A DNA stretch of 64,000 nt from Torpedo marmorata. Taxonomy: Eukaryota. The position numbers and the translations under genes are program-made. Positions within the stretch are counted from its first letter, which is position 1, and each line of letters opens with the position of its first letter. Shown in pieces: positions 37,393-50,585 of the stretch. The notes below the pieces were generated by a model. The model searched no databases and had not been told where the DNA came from. It saw only the letters and a list, made by a program, of their open reading frames with translations. Location of the stretch: assembly GCA_977017645.1 (NCBI GenBank), contig OZ360228.1, forward strand, positions 116,188,001-116,252,000, read 5' to 3'.

Positions 37393-40115
37393 TATAACCA
37401 TATAACAATTACAGCACGGAAACAGGCCATTAGACCCTTCTAGTCCGCACCGAACCAAACTCTCCTCTCTAGTCCCACCTACCTGCACCCTGCCCATAAC
37501 CCTTCACTTCCTTCTCATCCATATACCTGTCCAACTTTTTCTTAAATAATAAAATTGACTCTGCCGCCACTACTTCTCCCGGAAGCTCATTCCACACCGC
37601 TACCACTCTCTGAGTAAAGAAGTTCCCCCTCATGTTACCTCTAAACCTCTGCCCCTTAACTCTTAACTCATGTCCTCTTGTTTCAATCTCTCCTAATCTT
37701 AATGGAAATAGTCTATCCACATCCACTCTGTCTATCCCTTTCATAATCTTAAATACCTCTATCAAATCCCCTCTCAACCTTCTACACTCCAAAGAATAAA
37801 GACCTAATCTGCTCAATCTCTCCTTGTACTCTAGATGCTTAAACCCAGGTAACATTCTGGTAAATCTTCTCTGCACTCTCTCCACTCTGTTGATATCCTT
37901 CCTATAATTTGGCGACCAGAACTGCACACAGAACTCTAAACTAGGCCGCACCAACGCCTTATATAATCTCAACATCACTTCCCAACTCCTATATTCTATG
38001 CAATGATTGATAAAGGCCAGCATACTAAAAGCATTCTTCACCACCCTATTCACATGAGTTTCTACCTTCAGGGAACGATGCACCGTTATTCCTAAATCTT
38101 TCTGCTCTTCTGTATTCATCAATGCTCTCCCATTTACTACGTATGTCCTGTTTTGATTCTTCTTACCAAAATGAAGCACCTCACACTTATCAGCATTAAA
38201 CTCCATTTGCCATTTTTCAGCCCACTTTTATAAGCAGCCCAAATCCCTCTGCAATCCTTGAAAACCTTCTTCATTATCCACTATTCCACCTATCTTAGTA
38301 TCATCTGCATATTTACTAATCCAGTTCACCACCCCATCATCTAGATCATTAATGTATATAACGAACAACAATGGGCCCAATACAGATCCCTGAGGCACAC
38401 CGCTGGTCACCGGCCTCCAACCTGACAGACAATTATCCACTACCACTCTCTGGCCTCTCCCTTTCAACCAATGTTCAATCCATTTGACTATCTCAAAATT
38501 TATACCTAAAGACTGCACCTTCCTAACTAACCTTCCATGTGGTACCTTATCGAAGGCCTTACTGAAGTCCATATAGACAACATCCACTGCGCTACCCTCA
38601 TCCACATTCCTAGTCACCTCTTCAAAAAATTCAATCAGATTGGTCAAACAGGACCTTCCGCTCACAAATCCGTGTTGAGTGTTCCTGATCAGACCCTGTC
38701 TATCCAGATATTTATAAGTACTATCTCTAAGAACTTTCTCCATTAGTTTACCTACCACAGACGTCAAACTTACAGGCCGATAATTGCCAGGCTTCCTCCT
38801 TGAACCCTTTTTAAATAACGGAACCACATGCGCAATACGTTAATCCTCCGGCACTATCCCCATCTCTAATGATATTTGGAAAATCACCGTCAGAGCCTCT
38901 GCTATTTCCTCACTTACTTCTCTCAAGGTCCTGGGGAAGATCCCGTCAGGTCCCAGAGACTTATCCACCTTTATGTGCCTCAAAAGCCCTAACACTACAT
39001 CTTTCGTAATCACTATATTCTCCATATTTACCCAATTTGCTATTATTATCTCGCATATCCCAATATCCTTCTCCTTGGTGAATACCGAAGAAAAGAAACT
39101 GTTCAATATCTCCCCCATTTCTCTAGGCTCCACACACAGTTTTCCGCTCTGATTCTCTAAGGGACCAATTTTGTCCCTCGCTTTCCTTTTACCATTAACG
39201 TATTTGTAGAAACCTTTTGGATTAATTTTCACCCTGCTTGCTATAGTCTCCTCGTACCTTCTTTTAGCTTTCCTAATTCCTCTCTTAAGATTATTTTTAC
39301 ATTCAATGTATTTTTCAAACATCTCCTTAATTCCATGCTTCTTATACTTAATGTAAGCCTCCCTTTTTTTTCGAACCAAGTTTCCAATATTCCTCGAAAA
39401 CCACGGCTCTCTCAAACCTTTTGCCCCTCCTTTTAACCTAACAGGAACATAAAGCTTTTGCACTCTCAAAATCTGATCTTTAAAAGACTTCCATCTCTCT
39501 ACTACATCCTGCCCATAAAACAAATTGTCCCAATGCACACCCTGTAAGTCCCTTTGCATCTCCTCAAATCTAGCTTTTCCCCAATCAAAAACCTCAACCC
39601 TTGGCCCTGACTTATCTCTTTCCATAATGTCATTGAAGCTGATGGCATTATGATCACTGGACCCGAAGTGCTCGCCAACACAAACCTCCGTCACTTGACC
39701 TATCTCATTTGCCAACAGTAGATCTAACACTGCTCCTTCTCTGGTCGGTACCTCTACATATTGTTGTAAAAAACTATCATGCACACATTTCACAAACTCC
39801 AACCCATCCAGCCCTTTCACAGAATGTGTTTCCCAATCTATATGTGGAAAATTAAAATCTCCCATAATTACAACCCTGTGCTTATCACAAATATCCACTA
39901 TCTCCCTACAGATTTGCTCCTCTAGGTCTCGGTCCCCTCCGGGTGGTCAATAATACACCCCTACAAGTGTAACTTCTCCTTTCCCACTCCTCAGTTCCAC
40001 CCAAATAGCCTCCGTGGACGAGCCCTCTAATCTATCCTGCCTAAGCACCGCTGTAATATTCTCCCTGACAAGCAATGCAACACCACCTCCTCTTGCCCCT
40101 CCGACTCTATCACCT
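37393..40115 (-). mobile_element. 5'-truncated CR1 LINE (HER1-like): partial endonuclease plus RT, with a few lesions
   Basis: [56 protein letters not shown] and RRLRGDLIEVFK across ORFs 38840-39898, 38228-38827 and 37469-38206. Confidence 0.95.
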
Positions 40116-41324
40116 TTGTGATGCAACTGCTTTCAAATACTTCAGCATCCACTATGGGCATCTCCAGTGAGACCTATTAGCAAGGGACGACCTTGTGTGG
40201 GATATCACAATGGAGTACTGGCCACAGGTTGTAGTAACCTCTCCACAGCTGGTTCCTTTAACCAATCAACCAAGTAAACTGGCAGCAAAAACTTTAGTAT
40301 GCATTAAAAATCAAAGATGATATTTTTACTATTGTGCCTGTATGGAACACATTAGAAGAAATATTTGCTTGAGCTTTCCAAAGCCAACTAGATTTGACAC
40401 CCACAATTCACCCCATGCTTCCTTATTCCTGCAGAAGCTGACCCCTGTGGTCCTGGGGTACATGAATGGAAACAAATCTGAGCGAAGTGGACCACAATCG
40501 ATTGTCTGGTCAGGATAGTGACAGGTACAGAGCCACTGCTCCTTGACTTCCTGAAAAGACTCTGACACTGCTAAGAGGCAGAGCTTAATTTCCAGTCAAT
40601 GCTGTCAGTATTTTTTAACAGTTTTGTAAAGAATTTTGGCATTCTGGGACATTTAAAAGCTATAAAAATATTGAAGATAAATACACGTTATTTCTGTCTT
40701 AAGGTAGTAATTAATCAAAACGTTCATGAATAGAAGAGTGGATATCGATTATAGTCGAGAAGGTTTAATAAATCAGATGTAAATTTAATGTGTGGAGGAG
40801 CAAAACCCGAAGCAATTAATAGAAGATAGTCACCTAGAAATCCAACAGGGAATTCAGTGGAAAAAAAACTACTTTAGCCAAAACGTAGTGAAAACTAACG
40901 ACTACAAGGCATGATTGAAGCAAGTGATTTCATTTATTTAAGGGGAGGTGGAAGAATCAAATGAGAGAAAACGGCATAATTGCTGATGAAAGATAGGATA
41001 AATTTTGAGTTGAGCACGCTCACTGGTCAAATAACCTGCTACTGTGTTGTATATCCTATGCAATCCAATGTTAAATGCTGAAGAAATAATTTTAAAACAT
41101 TAAACTAAAACAAAATTATTAAAAATAAACAAATTCCTTCCCCTTTGTCTCAGAGTGAACAGGCAGAGAATTTCAATTGAAATCTATGAAGTCTCTGCAT
41201 GTGGCAGATGTGACCTGCTCTAGGATCTGAGAGGTGACTCCCCAGCATAAATCTGGCTGAAGTGGAGAGAAGTACCGGGGTTGGACCAAGTGAATTTGAA
41301 AGCAGAGTGGATTTTAAAAATTTT

Positions 41325-41564
41325 TTTGATATGCATCATGGTAACAGGCCCTTCCGGCCCACGAGCCCGTGTCCCCCATATACACCAGTTAACCTACAAC
41401 CCCCATACGTTTTTGAAGGGTGGAGGGAAGCCGGAGCACCCGGTGGAAACCCAAACAGACACGGGGAGAACATACAAACTTCGTAACAGACATCGCCGGA
41501 TTTGAACCCGGGTCGCTGGTTCTGTAATAGCGGTGCACTAACCACAAAGCTAACCGTGCCACCC
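41325..41564 (-). mobile_element. V-SINE (HE1-like)
   Basis: Reverse complement of the 11731-11987 family. Confidence 0.88.
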
Positions 41565-42419
41565 ATTTGGAAATTGGCAGCGAAGTTGATAAAATTGACG
41601 AGCTTATCATGGGTGGTCATTATGGGGAGTTCATCACAGGACTGGTTGGGAAATGCATTCAGAGGATGGGTTATGACAGGTGTATTGCTCCCAAATTTCT
41701 CTCAAATCACTCACAGTACATAAACTGTTTGGACTCACTATCAAGCACAGACTTGATAATGGAGTGAAAAATATTCCTCAATGCCTCAGACCTTGATTGT
41801 GCATCCTCAGGTTTTATCCCTTAGTTATAGATGACCCAGTGAGGGGGAAGGGGAAAACATCAGCGCAGCATCTATCCTGAAACATCTCCTCAGTAGAGTC
41901 AACTGCCATTTGTCCATGCTCTCTCGGATATGGATCCAATTACAGAGGTGTTTTGGAGACAAAGGAACAGAAGCCCATAACACTAGGCTTCCATCCTGCC
42001 TTTGATGAGGCAGTGGATGATATCAAAATACAGACAAGAATATTCCATCCACCATTGTTCAATGTATAATCCTAATTCTGTAAAAGAACTTCCATAAAAA
42101 ATAAGTGGTCTCATTAGTTCCCCAAGATTCCTTAATTGTTAGCTTACTCTGGAATTAGTCTCAGAATTTAATTTAATTAAGTGCTGAGTTTTAATTTCTT
42201 TTAAAAATTTAGATATATAGCACGGTAACAGACCCTTTTGGCCCACGAGCCTGTGCCGCCCAATTTGGTACATTTTGAATGTTTCTCCAGCACTTTTGCA
42301 TGTTCCTTAGTATCTCATATGTTTGAATAAGGTCACCCTGATTCTTCTAAACTCAATGAATGCAGACACAAACTATCTGGTCTCTTGGTAGGACAACCCT
42401 CTCTTCCCAGGAATTATTT

Positions 42420-42700
42420 ACATGTACTTCGTCCAACCCCGTCAATTGCTTTTGGTGGTCCTGATGTGGCCTCCTCTACATCAGTGAGAGTAAGTTCTGA
42501 TGCTGTCTGCAATGGTCACCTGGAGCCCCACATTGAGAGCTATTTCAACTTGCCTTTCCATTCACACATCAACCTGTCTATCCTTGCTCTCTTCCTCTGC
42601 TGCGGTGAGACCAAATGCAAATAAGAAGAACAGCACCTCATATTCTGCCTGGGTAGTCTGCAAACCAATGACGGGAACAGTGAATTCTCCAATTTCAGTT
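42420..42700 (+). mobile_element. Degenerate Penelope GIY-YIG fragment
   Basis: Decayed match to 59570-59850 (gaacagcacctcatattctgcctgggtagtctgcaa). Confidence 0.65.
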
Positions 42701-42897
42701 AACCCGCTCAAAAGCTTTGAAAAGCTATTCTTTTCAGTGTGATTTCTCGAACTGCTATTCTATATCTGACAAGTCATAACTGTTCTACTCTCTGGAAGTG
42801 ACCTTAGCATTGTGTCAGTGTCTCCACCTTGGGGCATTTATATCAAGCAATAAAATGATTCTTTTCTGCACTTTTTTTTCAACTGAAATGACAATAA

Positions 42898-43515
42898 CAC
42901 TGGACAACAATTTTTTTCAAAAAGTTTGCTTCCTGAAAAAAATTTGGGGATTATGATAGAAAACTTCAAGATGAACACCTAGATAATTTCAGATTTTCTG
43001 TATCATGAATGAAGTTGGAGAAACATTAAATTAACTTTTATTGAATTTAGCATGTTTAATTGCATATTGATGCTGACATATTGCGTTAGTTCTACTGACC
43101 TAAAAATGTTTTGCCTCTGATTTTTGTTTGTACTTAGTATCTGATGTCTCTTGTGTAAGTGTCCAACTATAGTCAGCCAGCATTGATGGATTCCAGTTGC
43201 CCTGATTCCCCTTTTCCATGGTTGCAATGTCCTGGTGAAATCTTTCACTATGTTCGTCACTGATTGTACCAAGATCAGCAGGGAAGAAGTCCAAGTGTGA
43301 ATGCAGAGAATGAATTTTCAATGACATGTTGCACTTCATGGTTTTGTATGCTTGAAGTAGACTTAAAATATGACAGGAAATCACAATAATGGGTTATATT
43401 TTTTTAAAAATGATACGTGACAGGAAAATTCTAAGGTGATTTTCGTGATCAGCAGCCCAAATTTCATAAAATAAACCCAAAAGTGTTCAGGAAGCTAAAT
43501 CTTCGTTGTCCAGTG
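42898..43515 (-). mobile_element. Internally deleted DNA transposon with a transposase C-terminal remnant (probably Tc1/mariner-related)
   Basis: TIR CACTGGACAAC / GTTGTCCAGTG. Encodes MSLKIHSLHSHLDFFPADLGTISDEHSERFHQDIATME, a widespread transposase C-terminal motif. Confidence 0.8.
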
Positions 43516-43549
43516 TAATCAATGTTGTTTTCTCAAGAAAGACTGGTGT

Positions 43550-44640
43550 CCTATTCAGCCCAACTTTGGCAGCAAACAAAGGCATCGCACAATGTAATTC
43601 TTCTATCCAAAAGAGACAATCTAATAAAGGTGGGCATGTGTAAACCTGTCCTCAATATTCCTGAATTTACAACCATTGGAACAGAGTGAGTGTTCAGCAC
43701 AAGAAAGTAATGTCTCAACATGTGCATTGGGAAACAGCTACATCCAAAAAGGCAATGATTTATTCTGAGTTCTGCAGGTGTATGCAGCTTGACAGTGTGT
43801 GGAGTTGTCCTGTACTTCAGAAAGGACATGGTTACGGTGAGTTTTGAATATCTTTGTGGCATGTGTTCCATGAGAGGTTTCAGATCTGACTTTGTCTTCA
43901 CTGCTTCACATGAAGCCAGGTAAAATGAATGAATAAGTATTTGCTGGATATTATTCAATTTCATAAAATTTCTGAAATCTTTCAGAAATGAGCTGTTCAT
44001 ATGCCATGACATGCACTTACTGAATTGCATTGTACATTCAGTTGCACTACATGAATCCATGCTTTTTACTTCCATCTACTTTGAGTGACAGATGGTCAGC
44101 ACCAGAAAATGCCATTCATTTTTTTTACAGTTGCATGTCCTCTCTAAAAATGATCTTGCAAGTGTGATCGTGACCACAAAAGAGGTCACCATGCAAAAAT
44201 GGCCAGCAGACAAAGCTTCCAACAATTGCTTCATACTGACCATTGCTACGTATTCAACACGGTCAACCCAAACTATCCTATGACTCGTGCCTGCAAGATT
44301 TTATCCATCATGGATGATGGTTTTGACTCCATAAGAAAGTCTTGTGAATGTGAAGTGCTCTTTGTGCGGGTACTGCTGCCTGCCTTTATCTGCATTCAGT
44401 TGTATGAAGAGGACCCAACATTTGAGAATACCTTTAATCTTGTTAGTACTGCATACACGTCCTACAAAGAGAGTGGCAGATATTGTTCATCAGCTTAATT
44501 TATCATGACTTTGTAGTCTCCAGACACCTGGAGCATCAAAGCATCAGCCTCAACCATTATTGCCATAGTCCACTCATGATAGGGAGTGTTTACAAGCACA
44601 GTATTTTGCTATAGCAAATCCAGTTCCTTTCTACTTGACT
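43550..44640 (-). mobile_element. Highly decayed Gypsy-type pol remnant
   Basis: FLKYRTTPH...TPAEL integrase-like motif, and an RT N-terminal-like GDYKV segment near 44505-44525. Confidence 0.55.
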
Positions 44641-44648
44641 CTTTAAAG

Positions 44649-44903
44649 CAGCCATTCTCAACGGAGGCCAATACAACCCAGCCCCCCCCCCCCCCCCTTT
44701 GGAGGAAACAGCACATTTAAGTAAAAGCCCTGTTTTCTTTTCACCTCCCGAGGCCTAATTTTTAAATGTTTTTTTTATGTAGTCAGTAGGAGTGAAGTAC
44801 AGAAGAAATCAAAACTTGACTGCTTTACAGGGAAGGGGGTTTGTAAGCTTTGAGCAGAGTCCTAGGGGGGCTACAGCCATAAAAAAAAGGTTGAGAATGG
44901 CTG
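44649..44903. mobile_element. hAT (Charlie-like) MITE
   Basis: TIR CAGCCATTCTCAAC / GTTGAGAATGGCTG and 8-bp TSD ctttaaag / ctttgaag. Second copy at 52048-52273. Confidence 0.88.
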
Positions 44904-45027
44904 CTTTGAAGCACATAAGACTGGTCTGGGTTTGTAATCAGGTTGAAGCAATTGTATGTAAAAAACACAAATGCTGGAGAAACTCAGCAGGTCAAACAGT
45001 GTCTTTTATGTAGCAAAGGTAGAAATA

Positions 45028-45068
45028 CATAACCGACGTTTCGGGCTTGAGCCCTTCATCAAAGTATG
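45028..45068 (-). ncRNA. Minimal type I hammerhead ribozyme motif (Penelope pLTR)
   Basis: Reverse complement of catact-TTGATGA-agggctcaagccc-GAAAC-GTC-ggttatg. Confidence 0.75.
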
Positions 45069-46455
45069 AGAAAATGACGGCAGGCATCCGAACAAAAGAG
45101 TGAGGGGGGAAGGGGGGTGGCAAAGGCAGGAGATGATAGGTGGAGAAAGGAGGGAGGGGATAGCAGCAAAGAGGGGGAGGAGGGATGGCTGGGTAGGTGG
45201 AGGAAAACAGGAAGGACAGGTGAGGGGGGAGGGGAAGGGAGCGACAAGCAGGTTTAATGGAAAGTAGAAAAGTCAATGTTAATGCCATCTGGCTGGAGAG
45301 TACCCAGACGGAAAATGAGATGTTGTTCCTCCAATTTGCGGGTAGTCTGGGTGGGATAGTACATAAGGCCATGGACAGACATGTGAGTGTGGGAGTGTGA
45401 CCCGGAATTGAAATGGTTGGCTACTGGGAGGTCGCTGTTGTTGCGGACGGAGAGGAGGTGCTCAGCAAAGTGATCTCCCAATCTACGACCGGTCTCTCCG
45501 ATGTAGAGAAAGCCACAGAGGGAGCAATGGATGCAGTAAATAAGTTCTCTGGATGTACAAGTGAAGTGTAGTTTCACTTGGAAGGCCTGTTTGGGGCCCT
45601 GGACCGTGGTGAGGGGGGAGGTGTGGGCGCAGGTATTGCACCTCATGCGGGCACAGGGGAAGGTGCCGGGGGTGCGATGGGTGGGGAGGGATGAGTGCAC
45701 GAGTGAATCGCGGAGGGAGCGGTCCCTACGGAAGGCCGAGAGGGGAGGAGAAGGAAAAATGTGCCTGGTGGTGGGATCCTGTAGTAAGTGCCGGAAATTC
45801 CGGCGGATAATGTGTTGGATGCGAAGGCTGGTGGGGTGGTAGGTGAGGATGAGGGGGATTTTATGTTTGTTGCGTCTGGGGGCAGAGGGGGCCAGGGCAG
45901 ATGAGCGGGAAATGGAGGAGATGCGGGTGAGGGCTGAGTTGATGGTGGTGGAGGGGAAGCCACGTTTCTGGAAAAAGGCAGACATTTCAGAAGATCTGGA
46001 CTGGAACACCTCATCTTGGGAACAGATGCGGCGGAGGCGGAGAAATTGAGAGAAGGGGATGGAATCCTTGCAGGGGACAGGGTGTGAGGAAGTGTAGTCC
46101 AGATAGTTGTGGGAGTTGGAGGGTTTGTAGTAAATGTCGGTGGAAAGCTTGTCTCCTGAGATGGAGACAGAGAGATCCATGAAGGGCAGAGTGTTATCGG
46201 AGATGGACCTGGTGAATCCGGCAATCTCCAGCCAGATGGCATTAACATTGACTTTTCTGCTTTCCACTAAACCTGCTTGTCACTCCCTTCCCCTCCCCCC
46301 TCACCTGTCCTTCCTGTTTTACTCCACCTACCCAGCCATCCCTCCTCCCCCTCTCTGCTGCTGTCCCCTCCCTCCTTTCTCCACCTATCATCTCCTGCCT
46401 TTGCCACTCCCCTTCCCCCCTCACTCTTTTGTTCGGACGCCTGCCGGCATTTTCT

Positions 46456-46496
46456 CATACTTTGATGAAGGGCTCAAGCCCGAAACGTCGGTTATG
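46456..46496 (+). ncRNA. Minimal type I hammerhead ribozyme motif (Penelope pLTR)
   Basis: Core (U)UGAUGA, stem II GGGC/GCCC, GAAAC-GUC, and stem I catact/ggttatg with a bulge. Confidence 0.78.
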
Positions 46497-46799
46497 CATT
46501 TCTACCTTTGCTACATAAAAGACACTCTTTGATCTGCTGAGTTTCTCCAGCATTTGTGTTTTTTACTTCAATCACGGTGTCTACAGATTTTCGTGTTTTA
46601 CTTCTGAAGCAAATGTATGCATTGTTATCCTTTAAACTCATGGAGCCTTTTTTCATCATATCATACCATTCTGCCAATGGATCAAGATGTGACTGTGAAG
46701 TCCAGTTTCTATTATAATTTTGAATTGTCAACAGGTTTGTTTTTGTCACTTGTCCTAGCCTTTAATTTGCATATTGTTAAAACATGACACCTTATTTGC

Positions 46800-47210
46800 A
46801 CATTTTTACATGTTTTCGGGCACTCTTTTGGGCAAAGATGTTCTGTGATGATAATGAGGTGAGGAAAAAAGTGGTCTGCCCAAAAGAGCCAACTGTTTGT
46901 AACAAGGGCTCCAACAGTGCAGTTGTGGACCTGGGAGAGGATGCTGACAATGCTTTGTTTATCTTAACAATGGATTTGGAGGATTTTGGGAAGAGACCTT
47001 TGATGGTAACCCACCAGTGTTTTGTAATGTCTGTTGTAAGTAGTCCAAGTTCTAGAGACGCATAGGAGGGGAAGGATCCCTGTTGCTCTGCAGTCCATGA
47101 GTTTTGGGCAGGTTTGCGATTGAGACCTGCAAACATCCTTCTCTTATGACCAAAGGTTTTGATGGCTCTCTGGGGGTGATAGTGATTTTCTTTTTCAACT
47201 GATGTTTATT
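46800..47210 (-). mobile_element. Degenerate RTE-clade LINE fragment
   Basis: The minus strand reads TYNRHYKTLVGYHQRSLPKILQIH, resembling the RTE C-terminal region. Confidence 0.55.
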
Positions 47211-48889
47211 GATGCATGCTTAGATGATGCAGCTTCACGTCATGGAAAATTGAGATAAGGACCACTTTCTACATGCACACACCCACCCAGCCCTCAACAT
47301 GGGTTTGAATGTGTATATGCACAAATGGATACAGCAAGGACATCATGTCCATGCTTGAAGATAGATAACAGGCACCTTCTTGTTTCTCCTCAGCATTTAA
47401 TTTCTACTTCACTTAGCCCCAAGGCCTCAGAAATCTGGCCTCAGGATATTTATTTTTTTCAGTATTCCCTCACTTGCTTTCCTGCCTTTGTTTCCCCATG
47501 CACTCAATTCCTACTTTCTGTAGCCCTCAGGGCACGGTAACCCGGCCCAAAGATATTTAATTTTTTTATACTCCTTCGCTCACTTGCCCAATCTTTTTCT
47601 CTTATTCTTCCAACATTTTTTCCTCAAACTATTTCCTTTCAATATTATATCTGAGCTGCTTTCACCTTAATAGTAGCACCAAAGTGAGTTTCACCGCATA
47701 GTTGGAATTTCATTCTATAACAGAACATGACTATTTATTTAATTTATGTGAATGGAAAATGACACGATTTGGTATCTGTTTCTGGTTCGATAAGCTTTGT
47801 TGGTTACATTCTGAAATGCTGACTGCAAACTCTATTCTCCAATGCCAAGCGGATCAATTGATTAAAAATTCAGATTGATACATGACACATTATTCCACAA
47901 GGATTCTGTTTTAATTCTTCTTAAAACTGTCAAGTGCAAGCTCCCTGTATTAAACATGTAAGAAGCTTTCATTAACTGGCATCTTCAGTTTATTAATTCA
48001 CACTGGCCTAGTTTCTTTCAATAATAAATGGGAAAGATCTACATAATCATCAGTTTTAAAGCAGGTTCATTGTGCCATTGAAGAAATTCATAGGAGAATG
48101 AGTTTTCCATGATACATTACACTTAAGTGAACCATTCAGAGATTATTGCATTAGGTAGGTAAATTCTAAAAAATGATTTCACTTGTTTTGCACTGGGCAG
48201 TTTGTGTGTGGCATTATAAATGTGACAACATTTAAAAATCTTCAATTATAATATTACAGAATTGAGAGGTGTAACACTCTGGATTCTCCATGCTTGAGAC
48301 CTGTCCAAATAATTTAATGCATTCATTTTATGAAATGAAAAATCAGAAGATAGATTGGGAATACAATAATAATCACTCAACCATCCACTCCCAATTTGGG
48401 TATTGTGTTCAACTAGCATTCTGCTGATTTCATTGAGCAGAGCTTTCACTGCCATTAATGTTCAATTTCAAGCATGATTAAATATTTTTATGTGCTTGGT
48501 TTGTGAACAAGATTCCCTCTATGCAAATCTGTATGTCTAAAAACCCTTGGTCCTATGCACCTTTTGGAAAGTGAGAACAAGTTAGGAATAAGCTGCATTA
48601 AGAAGTAAATTTGAGTATGTTATGTAACAAATCAAAGTTGCTATGAGTTTAATCTGTTTGTAAATATTGAGCTTGCCTTGACTCTTAGGTATATCAGGAG
48701 AGAGATTTGAAAGATTAGACGAGAGGGCGGCACGTGTGGAACTGGAGGTAAACAGCAGCTTTGAAAAGCAGTGTTGCTCTTGTCTTATGTCGAATTGATA
48801 AGGTTGAGGATGGGGTGTTAGGGTAGAAGGGGGTAGTGGAACACTTAAAACAAGAACAGGTATTCTCATTAGATTTCAATGAGGTCGAT

Positions 48890-49122
48890 GGGTGGCACGG
48901 TTAGCGCAACGCTATTACAGCGCTAATGACCTGGGTTCGAATCCTGCGCTGTCTGTAAGGACTTTGTACGTTCTCCCCGTGTCTGAGTGGGTTTCTTCCA
49001 GGTGCTCTGGTTTCCTCCCACCCTCCAAAAATGTATGGAGATGTGTAGGTTAATTGGTGTATTTGGGTGGCGCGGGCTCGTGGGCCGGAAGGGCCTGTTA
49101 CGGTGCTGTATACTGTATAGAA
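48890..49122 (+). mobile_element. V-SINE (HE1-like)
   Basis: B-box gggttcgaatcc, V-domain and CR1-like tail. Confidence 0.88.
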
Positions 49123-49294
49123 ATTTTTAAAAAGGTATTTATGCCCCTTTCATTTACCTTGATGCTTTTATTTAGTGCAGCAAAGGCTTTGCCTCCTCAG
49201 ATTCCATTCATTCCCCTTCATTACTCTCCTGCCATCCTGAGCATTCACGTACACATCTGCAGTGATGGGACAGAGGTGGAGAGAGTTAGGGGGT

Positions 49295-50466
49295 AAACAC
49301 ACCAAAATTCTGGAGGAACTCATCTGGTCTTTTCAGCATCTATAGGAGACAAAGATATATTGCCGACATTTCGGGCCTGAGCCCTTCTTCAAGGAAAACT
49401 CAGAAAAGGCAGAAGCAGAATATATAGGAAAGTCTCAGAATTCAAACAATGGGTGAAGAATCCAGACCAACAAAAGGTGTTAATTGGATATGATAAGGGA
49501 CTAGGTGAGAATTTATCATGTCTGTGCAAAAGGAGACAGGGAAAGGAGAGACGACAGGGGAAGAAGGGGGTGGGGGGTTAACAAAAGCAGAGAAGTCAAA
49601 ATTAATGCCATCCGGTTGGAGGGTGCCCAGTCGGAAGATGAGGTGTTGTTCCTCCAATTTACAGGTGGTCTCAGTCTGGCAGTGCATGAGACCATGGACA
49701 GACATGTCGGCAAAGCAATGGGATGGAGAATTGAAATGGGTGGCCACTGGGAGATCCACGCTATTGCGGAGGATAGAGCCGAGGTGCTCAACAAAGCGAT
49801 CTCCCAGTCTGCGTCCAGTGTCTCCGATGTAGAGAAGACCACAGCGGGAGCACCAGATGCAGTATATGACCCCTGCAGATTCACAAGTGAAATGTTGCTT
49901 CACTTGGAAGGTCTGTTTGGGGCCCTGAATAGTGCTGAGGGAGGAGGTGTGGGCGCAAGTGGAGCATCTCCTGCGGTCACAGGGGTAGGTCCCAAGGGAA
50001 TGATTGGTGGGGAGGGAGGAATAAACAAGGGAGTCACAGAGGGAGCCGTCCCTGCGGAAGGCGGAGAGGGGAGGAGAGGGGAATATGTGTCTAGTGGTGG
50101 GATCACGTAGTAGGTGGCGGAAATGGCGGAGGAGGATGTGTTGGATGCAGAGGCTGGTGGGGTGGTAGGTGAGGACAAGGGGAATCCTGTCCTTGTTGCG
50201 CGTGGGGGTGGAGGGGGCCAGGGCAGATGTGCGGGTAATGGAGGATATGCGGGTGAGTGCCGAATTGATGGTGGTAGAGGGAAAGCCACGTTGTTTGAAG
50301 GAGGATATCTCTGATGATCTGTCATGGAAGTCCTCATCCTGAGTGAAGATGTGATGGAGACGGAGGAATTGAGAGAATGGAATGGAATCCTCACGGGTAC
50401 AGGGTGGGAAGAGGTGTAGTCGAGGTAGCTGCAGGAGTTGGGTTTATAGAAGATGTCTGTCGAGAG
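49295..50466 (-). mobile_element. Penelope-like element, second subfamily (GIY-YIG and pLTR)
   Basis: GVIYCIWCSRCGLLYIGDTGRRLGDRFVEH. Degenerate hammerhead-like motif at about 49360-49395. Confidence 0.9.
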
Positions 50467-50585
50467 TTAGGGGTGAAAGTTCATGTCGGAGGCTCGTTCA
50501 TGTCGGAGGCTTGATCCTGTAGGTCGCCGGGGCTGAAACGGAGAACCACGTGTGAAGCCTGGTCCTGTGGGCCGGTTGGTTCAGG

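Larger units (their letters stand above)
44959..46604. mobile_element. Penelope-like element with an inverted arrangement (minus-strand RT C-terminus and GIY-YIG; plus-strand pLTR)
   Basis: LIYCIHCSLCGFLYIGETGRRLGDHFAEH. Inverted repeat of about 340 bp (44959-45300 vs 46225-46565). TSD tgaagcaa(t/a)tgtatg at 44944-44958 and 46605-46619. Confidence 0.92.
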
